The position numbers and the translations under genes are program-made. Below, in pieces: positions 1 through 10,229 of a stretch of DNA of 64,000 nucleotides. The DNA comes from Candidatus Omnitrophota bacterium (lineage in GTDB: Bacteria > Omnitrophota > Gorgyraeia > Gygaellales > Profunditerraquicolaceae). The stretch's first letter is position 1. Each line of letters starts with the position of its first letter. Where the stretch lies: assembly GCA_041651035.1 (NCBI GenBank), contig JBAZKC010000003.1, positions 69,153-133,152 of the forward strand, read 5' to 3'. The notes below the pieces were generated by a model, which was not told the DNA's origin, searched no databases, and saw only the letters and a program-made list of their open reading frames with translations.

Positions 1-380
1 GGAACCTAAAGATCAAGGATACGGCCAACAGGTTTAAGGTGAGTAATGACAGATTATTCACGGATGAAGATATTGACTCCGCGCAGCGCGGGATACTGGA
101 ATATCTGGGGTTGGGATCAATACTGGTTACTTTAGGCGAGCACGGTATGAAGTTGCTGGAGAAAAGCGGACGCCTGACCCATATACCGACGGTAGCCCAG
201 GAGGTTTTTGATGTTTCCGGAGCAGGCGATACAGTGATCGGTACTTTTACGTTAGGGCTTTCCTGCGGAGGAAGTTTGCTTGAGGCAGCGCATATCGCGA
301 ATTTTGCCGCCGGTATCGTGGTCGGAAAAGTAGGTACCGCTGTTACTACGCGTAAAGAATTACTGGAGAGGCTAGGTTAA
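1..380 (+). CDS. PfkB-family sugar kinase, C-terminal part (5' end lies outside window); likely D-glycero-beta-D-manno-heptose-7-phosphate kinase (HldE/RfaE domain I-like)
   Basis: Reading frame open from window edge. C-terminal PfkB signature DVSGAGDT with an anion-hole glycine-rich segment. Sits directly upstream of kdsB/kdsA, i.e. LPS context. Confidence 0.5.
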   Translation, partial: NLKIKDTANRFKVSNDRLFTDEDIDSAQRGILEYLGLGSILVTLGEHGMKLLEKSGRLTHIPTVAQEVFDVSGAGDTVIGTFTLGLSCGGSLLEAAHIANFAAGIVVGKVGTAVTTRKELLERLG

Positions 381-383
381 AAA

Positions 384-1124
384 ATGGATGTGATCGGAGT
401 TATTCCCGCGAGGTATTCTTCCAGCCGGTTTGAAGGCAAGGTCTTGGCGGATATTTTAGGCAAACCCATGATACAGCACGTCTGGGAACGGGCAAGACAG
501 GCGCTGCTTTTAGATGACCTGATCATCGCCTGCGACGATGAATGTGTCGCCGCTATCGCCAGAGAGTTTGGCGCTAAGGTCGTAGTAACCTCTAAGTCCC
601 ATACCTGCGGCACAGACAGGATCATTGAAGTAATAAACCCGTTAGACGTGAAGATCGTGATTAACATACAGGGTGATGAGCCGTTGATCCATCCTCTGAT
701 GATCGACACGGCCGCCCAGGCGCTGCTGGACGACAGCCGGATCTCCATGGCTACGGTCATGAAGAAGATAGAGACTTCACAAGAGTTGAATGACCCTAAT
801 GTGGTAAAGGTCGTGGTAGATAAGAATAATTTTGCCCTGTATTTTTCCCGGGCGCCGATCCCTCACCGGGCGCATGGTTCCGAGGTGGAATCGCCGGTTT
901 GGTATAAACATATCGGTTTATACGGCTACACCAAGGATTTCCTGTTCACCTATAAAAACCTGCCTGTTTCTAATTTAGAGAAGATAGAAAAGTTAGAACA
1001 GCTAAGGGTTTTGGAAGAAGGTTTCCGCATAAAGGTCATTGAGACGAAATTCGATACAGTGGGAGTGGATACCCCTGAGGACTTAGAGAAAGTAAAGCTC
1101 TGCCTAAAAAAAGATAAAATATAA
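384..1124 (+). CDS. kdsB: 3-deoxy-manno-octulosonate cytidylyltransferase (CMP-Kdo synthetase)
   Basis: N-terminus VIGVIPARYSSSRFEGKVL and IQGDEPL motif typical of KdsB. 246 aa. Confidence 0.9.
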   Translation: MDVIGVIPARYSSSRFEGKVLADILGKPMIQHVWERARQALLLDDLIIACDDECVAAIAREFGAKVVVTSKSHTCGTDRIIEVINPLDVKIVINIQGDEPLIHPLMIDTAAQALLDDSRISMATVMKKIETSQELNDPNVVKVVVDKNNFALYFSRAPIPHRAHGSEVESPVWYKHIGLYGYTKDFLFTYKNLPVSNLEKIEKLEQLRVLEEGFRIKVIETKFDTVGVDTPEDLEKVKLCLKKDKI

Positions 1125-1948
1125 TGAGACAGGTTGCCGTAAAGAATATTAAGATCGGAGACAGGAACCCCTTGGTATTAATTGCCGGCCCCTGCGTTAT
1201 TGAGTCAGAAACGCTATGCCTGGACACTGCCAAAAGGATAAAAGATATTGCCGTAAAGCACGGTTTTCCGTATATCTTCAAATCCAGTTTTGATAAAGCA
1301 AACCGGCTTTCCCGGGATTCTTTTCGCGGCCCGGGGATAAAAAAGGGCTTAGATATCCTGAATAAGGTAAAACAACAATTAAAAGTCCCCATATTAAGCG
1401 ATATACACTGCCGGAAAGATTTGCTTGAGGCAGCAGAAGTATTGGATGTGATCCAGATACCGGCATTATTAAGCCGCCAGACAGACATAGTAGTGGCCGC
1501 GGCTGAGTCAGGCAAAGTGATAAATATCAAGAAAGGGCAATTCTTAGCGCCCTGGGATATGCTGCCTATCATCAAGAAGATCGAATCCGCGGGCAACAGG
1601 TCCATTATTATTACCGAGCGCGGTGTTTCTTTCGGCTACAATAATTTAGTCTCTGATTTTAGAAGCCTGAAAATAATGCGCGAGTTTGGCTATCCGGTGG
1701 TCTATGACGCTACGCACAGTGTCCAGCTGCCCGGAGGCAGGGGAGGATCTTCCGGGGGCCAGCGGGAGTTTGTCGCCGGTTTGTCGCGTGCCGCGGTTGC
1801 CTTTGGCTGCGACGGGTTGTTCCTGGAAGTGCATATAAACCCCGATAAAGCGCTTTGTGACGGGCCGAATATGATCAACTTAAAGGATTTAGAGAAATTG
1901 ATCAAGCAGGTAAAGAAAATAAACGAAGCCGCGGATCATAAAGGTTGA
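1124..1948 (+). CDS. kdsA: 2-dehydro-3-deoxyphosphooctonate aldolase (Kdo8P synthase)
   Basis: LVLIAGPCVIESE ... SSFDKANRLS ... DATHSVQLPGG motifs. Start overlaps kdsB stop (TAATG). Confidence 0.9.
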   Translation: MRQVAVKNIKIGDRNPLVLIAGPCVIESETLCLDTAKRIKDIAVKHGFPYIFKSSFDKANRLSRDSFRGPGIKKGLDILNKVKQQLKVPILSDIHCRKDLLEAAEVLDVIQIPALLSRQTDIVVAAAESGKVINIKKGQFLAPWDMLPIIKKIESAGNRSIIITERGVSFGYNNLVSDFRSLKIMREFGYPVVYDATHSVQLPGGRGGSSGGQREFVAGLSRAAVAFGCDGLFLEVHINPDKALCDGPNMINLKDLEKLIKQVKKINEAADHKG

Positions 1949-1955
1949 AGCTAAA

Positions 1956-2924
1956 ATGAAAATAAATATTATCAAGAGGGCGAAAGAGGTTTTAGAGATA
2001 GAGGCCTGCGCGATCAAAGATCTGAAATCCAGGATAGGCGGGGATTTCAAGAAAGCCATAAACCTGGTTTTAAAAACAAAAGGCAGGGTGGTTGTAAGCG
2101 GTATGGGTAAGACCGGCATTATCGCCCAAAAACTTTCCGCGACCCTGTCTTCAACCGGCACACCGAGTTTATTCCTGCATACCGCTGAGGCAATACACGG
2201 GGACTTAGGGAAGGTTACATCCGATGACGTGGTGATAGCCATCTCTAACAGCGGTTCAACCGCGGAAATAAAACAGCTCTTGCCTTTGTTAAAGAAGATC
2301 GGTGCTAAGGTTATCGCGTTAACCGGTAATACTAAATCGACCCTCGCTAAATACAGCGACGCGGTCTTAGATGTATCGGTAAAAAAAGAGGCCTGCCCTC
2401 TGGGGTTGGCTCCTACCGCTTCTACCACGGCGACATTAGCCATGGCAGATGCCCTGGCAGTATGCCTTCTGGAGCTAAAGGGTTTCAAGGAAAGGGATTT
2501 TGCTTTTTTTCATCCGGGCGGCGCTCTGGGCAAACGCCTTCTTTTGAAGGTGGAAGATATTATGCGCAAAGGTCCAGCCAGCCCTATTGTTAATGAAGAG
2601 AAGAAGGTTTCCGAGGTTTTACTAAAGATCACCCAGGCCAGGGCGGGGTCAGCGGCCGTAGTGGATAAAAACGGAAAATTAAAAGGTATATTTACAGACG
2701 GCGACTTGCGCAGGCATCTGGGAATAGACGAAAATCTTCCCAGGCGCAGGATCAAGGAAGTAATGACCAGGAACCCCGCGTGCGTGGATAAAGAAATGCT
2801 GGCAGCTGAGGCTATGCGGATATTGCGTGAGAAGAAGATCGATGAAGTGCCGGTGGTGGATAAACACAGGCGGCCGGTAGGGTTATTGGATGTGCAGGAC
2901 CTTTTAAAAGCAGGATTGGTATAA
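1956..2924 (+). CDS. kdsD: arabinose-5-phosphate isomerase (SIS domain + tandem CBS)
   Basis: SIS motif VVVSGMGKTGIIAQKLSATLSSTGTPS, and C-terminal CBS pair. 322 aa. Confidence 0.85.
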   Translation: MKINIIKRAKEVLEIEACAIKDLKSRIGGDFKKAINLVLKTKGRVVVSGMGKTGIIAQKLSATLSSTGTPSLFLHTAEAIHGDLGKVTSDDVVIAISNSGSTAEIKQLLPLLKKIGAKVIALTGNTKSTLAKYSDAVLDVSVKKEACPLGLAPTASTTATLAMADALAVCLLELKGFKERDFAFFHPGGALGKRLLLKVEDIMRKGPASPIVNEEKKVSEVLLKITQARAGSAAVVDKNGKLKGIFTDGDLRRHLGIDENLPRRRIKEVMTRNPACVDKEMLAAEAMRILREKKIDEVPVVDKHRRPVGLLDVQDLLKAGLV

Positions 2925-2929
2925 TTCAA

Positions 2930-3472
2930 ATGTCAAATACCGCTATAAGTGAAGATATAAAAGAAAAAGCAAGAAAGATCAAACTGCTGTTGCTGGATGT
3001 AGACGGTGTTTTAACCGATGGCAGGATAATCTATGATTCCCGGGGGCGAGATATTAAATCCTTTGATGTCCACGACGGATTAGGAGTTTACGCCCTGCGT
3101 AAAGCGGGAATAAAGACGATCCTGATCACCGCTAAAGGTTCGCGGGCAATAATGCCGCGCGCGCGCGATATGCAGGTTGAAAAAGTATTCGCGGACGTCT
3201 TTCCGAAAACATCCGTATTAGACAGGATCATAAAAGAATACAAGGTGGATATTTCCGAGATATGTTTTGTAGGCGATGACTTAGTGGACCTGTGCGTTAT
3301 GAGGAAAGTAGGTTTTCCGGTGGCGGTATCCAACGCCAACCCGGAGATCAAGCAGGCAGCCTGCTATATAACTTTAAAAGAGGGCGGCCGCGGAGCGGTG
3401 CGCGAGATCTCCGAGCTTATCCTCAAGTCACAGGATAAATGGGGCCAGATCGTAAAGTTTTATGATACTTAA
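2930..3472 (+). CDS. kdsC: Kdo-8-phosphate phosphatase (HAD superfamily)
   Basis: LLLLDVDGVLTDGRIIY ... VGDDLVDL. 180 aa, canonical KdsC size. Confidence 0.85.
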   Translation: MSNTAISEDIKEKARKIKLLLLDVDGVLTDGRIIYDSRGRDIKSFDVHDGLGVYALRKAGIKTILITAKGSRAIMPRARDMQVEKVFADVFPKTSVLDRIIKEYKVDISEICFVGDDLVDLCVMRKVGFPVAVSNANPEIKQAACYITLKEGGRGAVREISELILKSQDKWGQIVKFYDT

Positions 3473-4367
3473 GAAGTTTATCCTGATCCCTGGTTTGATA
3501 TTTTTGGCGGCTTTCGGCTTGTGTTTTGCTGAAGAGAAAACCCAGGGAGAGTCAGACCAGCAGATCAATGAATTTTCACTTTCCGGTTACGGAGAGAAAG
3601 GCAAAAAGAGCTGGGACCTTTCAGGAAATTCCGCGGACATATTCACGGAAGTGGTAAAGCTTAAGAGTGTAACAGGCAATCTATACGGTAAAGAAGAGAA
3701 TATCAAGCTTACCGCCGACAATGGGGATTTTAATAAAGTAGACGGCAAGGTGCATTTAGAACAGAATGTCATAGTTACCACTTCCTCGGGCATGAAGTTG
3801 ACCACGGATTCATTGGATTGGGATAGAAAGGCCTCGTCTGTGGCTACCAAAGACCCCGTGAATATACAAAGAGATAATATGATCATTGACGGAGTAGGCG
3901 CTAAGGGCGAGCTTAATCTAAAAAAGGTAGCCCTGGAAAAAGACATCAGGTTAAATATCAAGCCGGAGGATCAAAATAAGCCTAAGGGCCAGGGCGTAAA
4001 AGAAAAGATGGTCATTACCTGCGACGGGCCCTTGGAAATAGATTACGAAAAGAATATCGCTGTTTTTAATAATAACGTTAAAGTTGAAAAGGCCGATTCT
4101 ATAATTTATAGCGACAGGATGGATGTTTATTTTATCGTCAAAGGAGCTAATAACGCGCCTTTCGGCGCCGGAGAGCAGGGGATGGCAGGCAGTAAGATCG
4201 ATAAGATAATCTCGCGCGGCAACGTTAAGATCGTACGGGGGGAGGATATTTCCTACAGCCAGGAGGCGGTTTATAACGCTTTGGACAGGAAGATCACCTT
4301 AAACGGAAGGCCTAAATTGGTCATATACTCAAGCGGAGAGTTTAAAGATGCGCCTCTTGGAAATTAA
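3462..4367 (+). CDS. LptC/LptA (OstA-N) family periplasmic LPS-transport protein; possibly a fused or extended LptC-LptA
   Basis: Signal/anchor N-terminus. 301 aa, which exceeds the usual ~180-190 aa of a single LptA/LptC. Position kdsD-kdsC-[this]-lptB mirrors E. coli kdsD-kdsC-lptC-lptA-lptB. Confidence 0.55.
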   Translation: MILKKFILIPGLIFLAAFGLCFAEEKTQGESDQQINEFSLSGYGEKGKKSWDLSGNSADIFTEVVKLKSVTGNLYGKEENIKLTADNGDFNKVDGKVHLEQNVIVTTSSGMKLTTDSLDWDRKASSVATKDPVNIQRDNMIIDGVGAKGELNLKKVALEKDIRLNIKPEDQNKPKGQGVKEKMVITCDGPLEIDYEKNIAVFNNNVKVEKADSIIYSDRMDVYFIVKGANNAPFGAGEQGMAGSKIDKIISRGNVKIVRGEDISYSQEAVYNALDRKITLNGRPKLVIYSSGEFKDAPLGN

Positions 4368-5070
4368 AGAACTAAGTAAGTCTTATGACGGCAGGCAGGT
4401 CGTTAAAGGCGTGGATATCATGGTGAAACGCGGAGAGATCGTCGGCCTTCTCGGGCCCAACGGAGCGGGTAAGACCACCACATTCTACATGATCGTGGGG
4501 GTTATTTCTCCCAACGCGGGTTCTATTGTTTTTGATAATAACGACATAACGGGCCTATCCATACACCAACGCGCCCGCTTTGGCATAGGCTATCTATCCC
4601 AGGACCCGTCGATATTCCGGAAGCTTACCGTGGAAGACAACATAATGGCAATTTTAGAGACGCTGCCCATAAACAAAGCTGAAAGAAAACGCAGGCTGGG
4701 ATCGCTGCTTGAGGAATTAGGGATCGCCCATCTTGCTAAAAACAAATCGTATACATTGTCCGGCGGCGAAAGAAGGCGCCTGGAGATCACGCGGGCGCTG
4801 GTTACAAATCCGTCTTTTATACTTTTGGATGAGCCATTTTCAGGCATAGACCCTATTGTGGTAAATGAAGCGCAGGAGATCATCAGGGAATTAAAAGCGA
4901 AAGGCTTAGGCATCCTGCTTACGGACCATAACGTAAGGGAGACACTCTCCATCACGGACAGGGCTTATTTGATCGCCGAAGGAAAGATCCTTATTTCCGG
5001 CACAGCTGATGAGTTAATCAACAATGCCCAGGCGCGCCAGGTGTACCTGGGAGAGAAGTTTAAAATGTGA
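4348..5070 (+). CDS. lptB: LPS export ABC transporter ATP-binding protein
   Basis: Walker A GPNGAGKTT, signature LSGGERRRLEI, Walker B ILLDEP. 240 aa. Confidence 0.9.
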   Translation: MRLLEIKELSKSYDGRQVVKGVDIMVKRGEIVGLLGPNGAGKTTTFYMIVGVISPNAGSIVFDNNDITGLSIHQRARFGIGYLSQDPSIFRKLTVEDNIMAILETLPINKAERKRRLGSLLEELGIAHLAKNKSYTLSGGERRRLEITRALVTNPSFILLDEPFSGIDPIVVNEAQEIIRELKAKGLGILLTDHNVRETLSITDRAYLIAEGKILISGTADELINNAQARQVYLGEKFKM

Positions 5071-5118
5071 GAACACGGCGCGCGCGGATAGATCCGCCAG
5101 GGCCGGCGTTTAAAAAGA

Positions 5119-5997
5119 ATGAAAACAGAGGTCAAAAAGTTAGACAGCACAAAGAGAGAGATCAATATCGAAGTAATCGGCGAGGTTGTAAAGAATAAAT
5201 TCGAAGATGTCTTTACCAGGATCGCCAAAGAGGCCAAGGTCCCGGGATTCCGTCCAGGCCACGCCCCGCGGGATGTTTTAGAAAAGCATTTTTCCTCTTC
5301 CGCTCATGAGCAGGTGCTTAAAGAATTGGTGCCGGATATCTACGGCGAGGCAATTAAGAAAGAAGGGCTTGAGGTCATAGAGCTGCCGCAGATCTCCGAC
5401 GTAAGGCTGGACAGGGTGAAGCTTACGTTTAAGGCGGTTGTAGAGGTAAGCCCGGAGATAACTGTTAAGGGCTATAAAAAGCAAAAAGTGAGCTATAAAT
5501 ATATTACGGTTACTCCCGAGGAAATAAAGCGCAATATTGATTCGTTAAAAGGATCCAGGAAGGCAGAGGCGATAGACGATAGCTTTGCTAAGGGTTTAGG
5601 CTATCCGGATCTGTCGGAATTGGAAAAGGCTCTGGAGAGGCAGATTTTTCTGCAGAAAGAGAGCCAGCAGAGGCAGAATATAGAGAATGAGCTTGTGCAA
5701 AATATAACCAAGGACCTGGATTTTAAGCTGCCGCAGTCGCTGGTTAACCGGCAGCTGGAGGAATTGTTAAGGCATACTAAGGTTGACCTGGCTTTAAAGG
5801 GCGTTCCCCGGGAAAAACTGGAAGAACAAGAAAAGGAACTGGTTAAGAATTTAGAACCGGAGGCAAGAAAACAGGTTAAGGTCTACCTTGTCTTAGCGGA
5901 GATAGCGAAAAAAGAAAATATACCATTAGATGATAATATGCCGGCGCGTGTGATAGAACTCTTGTTAAAAGAAGCGGACTGGCAGAAAGCAGCATAG
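5119..5997 (+). CDS. tig: trigger factor (short form, apparently lacking the PPIase domain)
   Basis: N-terminal ribosome-binding signature [14 protein letters not shown]. Gene order tig-clpP. Only 292 aa versus ~430 aa typical. Confidence 0.7.
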   Translation: MKTEVKKLDSTKREINIEVIGEVVKNKFEDVFTRIAKEAKVPGFRPGHAPRDVLEKHFSSSAHEQVLKELVPDIYGEAIKKEGLEVIELPQISDVRLDRVKLTFKAVVEVSPEITVKGYKKQKVSYKYITVTPEEIKRNIDSLKGSRKAEAIDDSFAKGLGYPDLSELEKALERQIFLQKESQQRQNIENELVQNITKDLDFKLPQSLVNRQLEELLRHTKVDLALKGVPREKLEEQEKELVKNLEPEARKQVKVYLVLAEIAKKENIPLDDNMPARVIELLLKEADWQKAA

Positions 5998-6025
5998 TTA
6001 TTATTTTGAAAAAGGAGGTAGAAGA

Positions 6026-6646
6026 ATGAATGAGAAATCGCAGCTTTTAGTACCTATGGTTATTGAGCAGACCTCAAGAGGCTATGAACGCGCCTATGAT
6101 ATTTATTCCCGTCTCTTAAAAGACCGTATAATATTCATCGGCACCTCCATTGATGATTATGTGGCTAACCTGTTGATCGCCCAGATGCTGTTTTTACAGA
6201 TGGAAGACGTAAATAAAGATATAAATATTTATATTAATTCCCCCGGAGGCTCGGTAACCGCGGGGCTGGCGATATACGATACCATGCAGTTCGTAAAATG
6301 CGACGTAGCGACTTATTGCGTAGGCCAGGCCTCCAGTATGGGCGCGGTGCTTTTAGCCGCGGGGACAAAAGGCAAGCGCCACACGCTGCCTAATTCACGG
6401 ATCATGATCCATCAGCCCTGGGGAGGGTTCCAGGGGACAGCAGAGGATATATCCCGGCATGCTAAAGAGATCCTGAAGATGCGGGACAAGATCAACGAGA
6501 TATTATCAACTCATACAGGTAAGCCCTTAGATAAGATCCAAAAAGACACGGACAGGGATTATTTTATGTCAGCCCAGGAAGCAAAGGAATACGGGCTTAT
6601 TGACGAGGTGATCCTTCCCGGAACCAAGAAGGAGCAAAAAAAATGA
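6026..6646 (+). CDS. clpP: ATP-dependent Clp protease proteolytic subunit
   Basis: Catalytic-region motifs GQASSMGA and MIHQP. 206 aa. Confidence 0.95.
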   Translation: MNEKSQLLVPMVIEQTSRGYERAYDIYSRLLKDRIIFIGTSIDDYVANLLIAQMLFLQMEDVNKDINIYINSPGGSVTAGLAIYDTMQFVKCDVATYCVGQASSMGAVLLAAGTKGKRHTLPNSRIMIHQPWGGFQGTAEDISRHAKEILKMRDKINEILSTHTGKPLDKIQKDTDRDYFMSAQEAKEYGLIDEVILPGTKKEQKK

Positions 6647-7779
6647 GAAAGAATTATTTATTAACCCCGGGGCCTACCCCTCTGCCGCCTGAGGTTTGTG
6701 AAGCGATGGCGCGGCCGATAATCCATCACCGCACGCCGCAATTCCAGGCGGTATTAAAAGAGGCTGTGGAAGGCTTAAAATACGTGTTTCAGACCAATAA
6801 CGACATTTTTATATTAACTTCTTCCGGAACCGGCGCGATGGAAGCGGCGGTAATAAACTTTTTATCTTCCGGTGATACAGCGTTGACAGTTGAAACAGGC
6901 AAGTTCGGCGAAAGGTGGACGGAAATTTGCAAGGCTTATGGTATCAATACGGAAGTCATGAAAGTAGAATGGGGTAAGGCAGTCTTGCCTTCGGAAATAG
7001 AAAAGAAGCTGAATGCCAACCCTGCCATAAAAGCGGTATTCGTTACCTTATGCGAAACTTCAACAGGCGTGGTAAATGATATTGAAGGTATAGGCAAAAT
7101 CGTAAAGAACACCGGAGCGATATTAGTCGTAGATGCCATCAGCGGCTTAGGAGCCATTGATTTAAATTCGGACGGCTGGTTTTGCGATGTGGTAGTATCC
7201 GGTTCACAAAAAGGCCTTATGCTTCCTCCCGGGTTAGGCTTTATTTCAGTAAGCCCTAAGGCATGGAAATCAGCAGAAAGTGCCAAATGCCCAAAATATT
7301 ATTTTGATCTAAGGAAAGCAAAAAAAGCGTTTGATAAAACCGATACGCCTTTTACTCCCGCGATATCATTGGTTATCGCGCTTAACGAAGCTTTAAAGAT
7401 GATAAAACAGGACGGGCTGGAGAATGTATTCCTGCGCCATAAAAAGATGGCGGATGCCACCAGGCAGGCGATGGCAGCGTTGGGATTAGAATTATTCGCG
7501 CCTACGGCGGCTTCAGACGTGGTGACTGCGGTTTGCGCCCCGGGAGGGATAGACGGAGAAAAACTGGTTAAGACTATGCGGGATACTTATGGGGTGACTA
7601 TAGCCGGCGGCCAGGACGAGTTAAAAGGCAAGATATTCAGAATAGCCCATATGGGATATATCGAAGAGTTTGATATTATCATGGGTATTTCATGTTTAGA
7701 AAAGGTGCTGTATCAGATGGGGTATAAGTTTAATCTGGGAGCCGGCGTAAAACAGGCGGAAGCGGTTTTTTTAAAATAA
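6643..7779 (+). CDS. class V aminotransferase (serine-pyruvate/phosphoserine aminotransferase family)
   Basis: [10 protein letters not shown]-terminus and PLP-lysine region SGSQKGL. Adjacent to serA, so probably the phosphoserine aminotransferase step. Confidence 0.75.
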   Translation: MRKNYLLTPGPTPLPPEVCEAMARPIIHHRTPQFQAVLKEAVEGLKYVFQTNNDIFILTSSGTGAMEAAVINFLSSGDTALTVETGKFGERWTEICKAYGINTEVMKVEWGKAVLPSEIEKKLNANPAIKAVFVTLCETSTGVVNDIEGIGKIVKNTGAILVVDAISGLGAIDLNSDGWFCDVVVSGSQKGLMLPPGLGFISVSPKAWKSAESAKCPKYYFDLRKAKKAFDKTDTPFTPAISLVIALNEALKMIKQDGLENVFLRHKKMADATRQAMAALGLELFAPTAASDVVTAVCAPGGIDGEKLVKTMRDTYGVTIAGGQDELKGKIFRIAHMGYIEEFDIIMGISCLEKVLYQMGYKFNLGAGVKQAEAVFLK

Positions 7780-7809
7780 GCGGGGTATGTCCGAATTCAA
7801 GGAGCCAAG

Positions 7810-9396
7810 ATGATAAAAATACTAGTCAGTGATCCTTTATCGCAAGAAGGGCTGGATATTTTAAATGAGGTCAAAGAGTTTAAGGTGGATGTAAAGACCG
7901 ATTTAAAACCGGATGCCCTTAAAAGTATAATTAAAGATTACGATGCCCTGGTGGTAAGAAGCGCTACTAAGGTAAGTAAGGATATAATCAACGCGGCTGA
8001 CAGGTTAAAGGTGATCGGCCGGGCGGGAGTAGGGTTGGATAATGTCGATCTGGACGCGGCTACGCAAAAAGGCATTATCGTAATGAATACTCCCACGGGA
8101 AATACCATTTCTACGGCGGAGCATACTATGAGCATGATCCTGTCGCTTTCCAGGAATATCCCGCAGGCTGACGTTTCTACCAAGAAAGGCGAATGGAAAC
8201 GTTCCAAATTCATGGGTGTTGAACTCTACGGTAAGACGCTGGGCATAGTGGGCTTAGGCAGGATAGGCTCAGAGGTGGCAAAAAGGTCTTTATCGTTCGG
8301 AATGAAGATCTTAGCGTTTGATCCCTATTTATCGCGCGAGGTCGCCCAGACCCTGGGGATAGAAGTAGTGGAATTAAAAGAACTCCTGGAGCGTTCCGAT
8401 TATATCACCGTCCATACTCCTCTTGGTGAAGATACGAGGCACATGATCTCAAAAGCCGAATTTGATATTATGAAAAAGGGCGTGCGTATAATTAATTGCG
8501 CCCGCGGCGGGATAATTGATGAACAGGCGCTTATAAACGCGGTTAAAGAAGGCAAGGTCGCTGCGGCCGCCCTGGATGTTTTTGAGAAAGAGCCTTTATC
8601 GCCAGACAGCGAGCTCTTGAAATTAGATAATATTATTACCACTCCCCATTTAGGCGCTTCCACAGAAGAGGCGCAGGTTAATGTGGCTATTGAGGTAGCC
8701 GAAATAGTGCGCGACGCGCTCTTAAAAAGAGGCGTGCGTAATGCCGCCAACTATCCTTGCCTGGAAGCCGAGGTTTGCAAGGTCCTGGAGCCGTATATAA
8801 ATTTGTCAGAAAAACTGGGAGGATTTTCAGCGCAATTAGTTGAGGGGAGGTTTCAGGAACTAAATATAAATTATAGCGGAGAAATAACCGCTTATGATTT
8901 AAGCCCTTTGACCATGGCTTTAGTCAAGGGATTGTTGGCGCCAATATTGAAAGAGACGGTGAATTTCGTTAATGCCGTAGCCTTAGCTAAAGAGCGGGGC
9001 ATAATGATCAGAGAATCCAAGTCTTCTAAAGAGGCGGAGTTCGTGAATTTGGTACAATTAGAAATTAAGACCGATAAAGAAACCAAGGCGATCTCCGGGA
9101 CGCTGTCTTCAAATAAGCAGCCCCGGATAGTCAAGGTGGATGATTATTACGTGGAATTGTCGCCCCTGGGCGATATGATATTCATACAGAATTGGGATAA
9201 GCCCGGCATCATCGGTAATTTAGGCACGTTTTTGGGCAAACACAATATCAATATCGCGGCAATGACGTTCGGCCGGGAAAAGCCGGGAGGAAAGGCCATC
9301 AGCGTGTTAAACGTCGACAGCGCTGTTTCCATTGGTATATTGGATGAGATAAAGAAAATAGATAATATCTTGTTAGCAAGGAGCATAAGACTATGA
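7810..9396 (+). CDS. serA: D-3-phosphoglycerate dehydrogenase with C-terminal ACT domain
   Basis: NAD-binding GIVGLGRIGSEVA and catalytic RGGIIDE..AL. 528 aa including ASB/ACT regulatory domains. Confidence 0.9.
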   Translation: MIKILVSDPLSQEGLDILNEVKEFKVDVKTDLKPDALKSIIKDYDALVVRSATKVSKDIINAADRLKVIGRAGVGLDNVDLDAATQKGIIVMNTPTGNTISTAEHTMSMILSLSRNIPQADVSTKKGEWKRSKFMGVELYGKTLGIVGLGRIGSEVAKRSLSFGMKILAFDPYLSREVAQTLGIEVVELKELLERSDYITVHTPLGEDTRHMISKAEFDIMKKGVRIINCARGGIIDEQALINAVKEGKVAAAALDVFEKEPLSPDSELLKLDNIITTPHLGASTEEAQVNVAIEVAEIVRDALLKRGVRNAANYPCLEAEVCKVLEPYINLSEKLGGFSAQLVEGRFQELNINYSGEITAYDLSPLTMALVKGLLAPILKETVNFVNAVALAKERGIMIRESKSSKEAEFVNLVQLEIKTDKETKAISGTLSSNKQPRIVKVDDYYVELSPLGDMIFIQNWDKPGIIGNLGTFLGKHNINIAAMTFGREKPGGKAISVLNVDSAVSIGILDEIKKIDNILLARSIRL

Positions 9397-10226
9397 TCAG
9401 GAAATCCTTCTGTTTATTGTTTGCCGCCGGGATTATTTTTACCGGCCTGGCCTGCGCTAAAACAAATAAGGCCAGCCTTTTGGTTATCAGCCCCAAGGAC
9501 TGCCTAACCTGTAATACCGAAACGGTGGTTAACTTCTTAAAAAGGCAGTTTACGGATTTGAAAGTTTCCTATCTTTATTATCCTGACAGAAGGTCAGAGA
9601 AGCTGATCAAGAAACTGGGCATATCGGCTTTACCAGCTTATCTTTTAGGTAAACAGGCCAAAAGAGAAGCTAATTTCGGCAGCCTGAAAAGAAACCTGGA
9701 GATAAAAGGCGGGTTCTATATGTTGAAACCTCAATTCAGCGGGTTTTCTTATCTTGCCAATAGAAATAAAATAAAGGGTAAATTGGACCTGTTCATAAGT
9801 TTATACAGCAAGAATACCGGCGGGATATTGGAGGCGGTAAGAGAATTCAATCCTACCGTGCATTTTCTGGCAGTGGAGCAGGGGGATGGTTTTGACGCGG
9901 CAAAGGGAGAAAAAGAAGTAGAAGAATGCCTGCGGGCGGTATGCGTTCAGAAATATTATCCTAAAACCTTCCCGGATTATATCAGCTGCAGGGCGGGAAA
10001 TATTAATTCGCCGCGGTACGAACGCTGCCTGCCAAAAGCAGACGCGCAAAAAATAAAAAAATGCGCCTTAGGCAGCCAAGGGTATACTCTTTTAAAAGAA
10101 AATATAATCCTTAACAAAGAGCTTCAGGTTATGTTCGGCCCCGTGTATCTTTTGGATAACCAGGAGGTATTTAGTTCAAACGGCGTGCCGGCAAAAGAGG
10201 AATTAAGAAAGATAATAAAGAGGTGA
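9393..10226 (+). CDS. hypothetical secreted protein; possible thioredoxin-like CxxC protein
   Basis: Signal peptide MIRKSFCLLFAAGIIFTGLACA. CLTC motif near N-terminus of mature protein, several further Cys. No family recognised. Confidence 0.5.
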   Translation: MIRKSFCLLFAAGIIFTGLACAKTNKASLLVISPKDCLTCNTETVVNFLKRQFTDLKVSYLYYPDRRSEKLIKKLGISALPAYLLGKQAKREANFGSLKRNLEIKGGFYMLKPQFSGFSYLANRNKIKGKLDLFISLYSKNTGGILEAVREFNPTVHFLAVEQGDGFDAAKGEKEVEECLRAVCVQKYYPKTFPDYISCRAGNINSPRYERCLPKADAQKIKKCALGSQGYTLLKENIILNKELQVMFGPVYLLDNQEVFSSNGVPAKEELRKIIKR

Positions 10227-10229
10227 TAT

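Noticed and set aside
377-760. Minus-strand ORFs throughout the track. Examples are 377-760, 1036-1605, 1889-2488, 24500-25237, 36123-36767, 41204-41602 and 59304-60281.
   Set aside because: Each lies antisense within a + strand gene that has strong, family-specific motifs. They are low-complexity or compositionally odd (S/A/L/R-rich) and have no SD or promoter. They are typical shadow ORFs.
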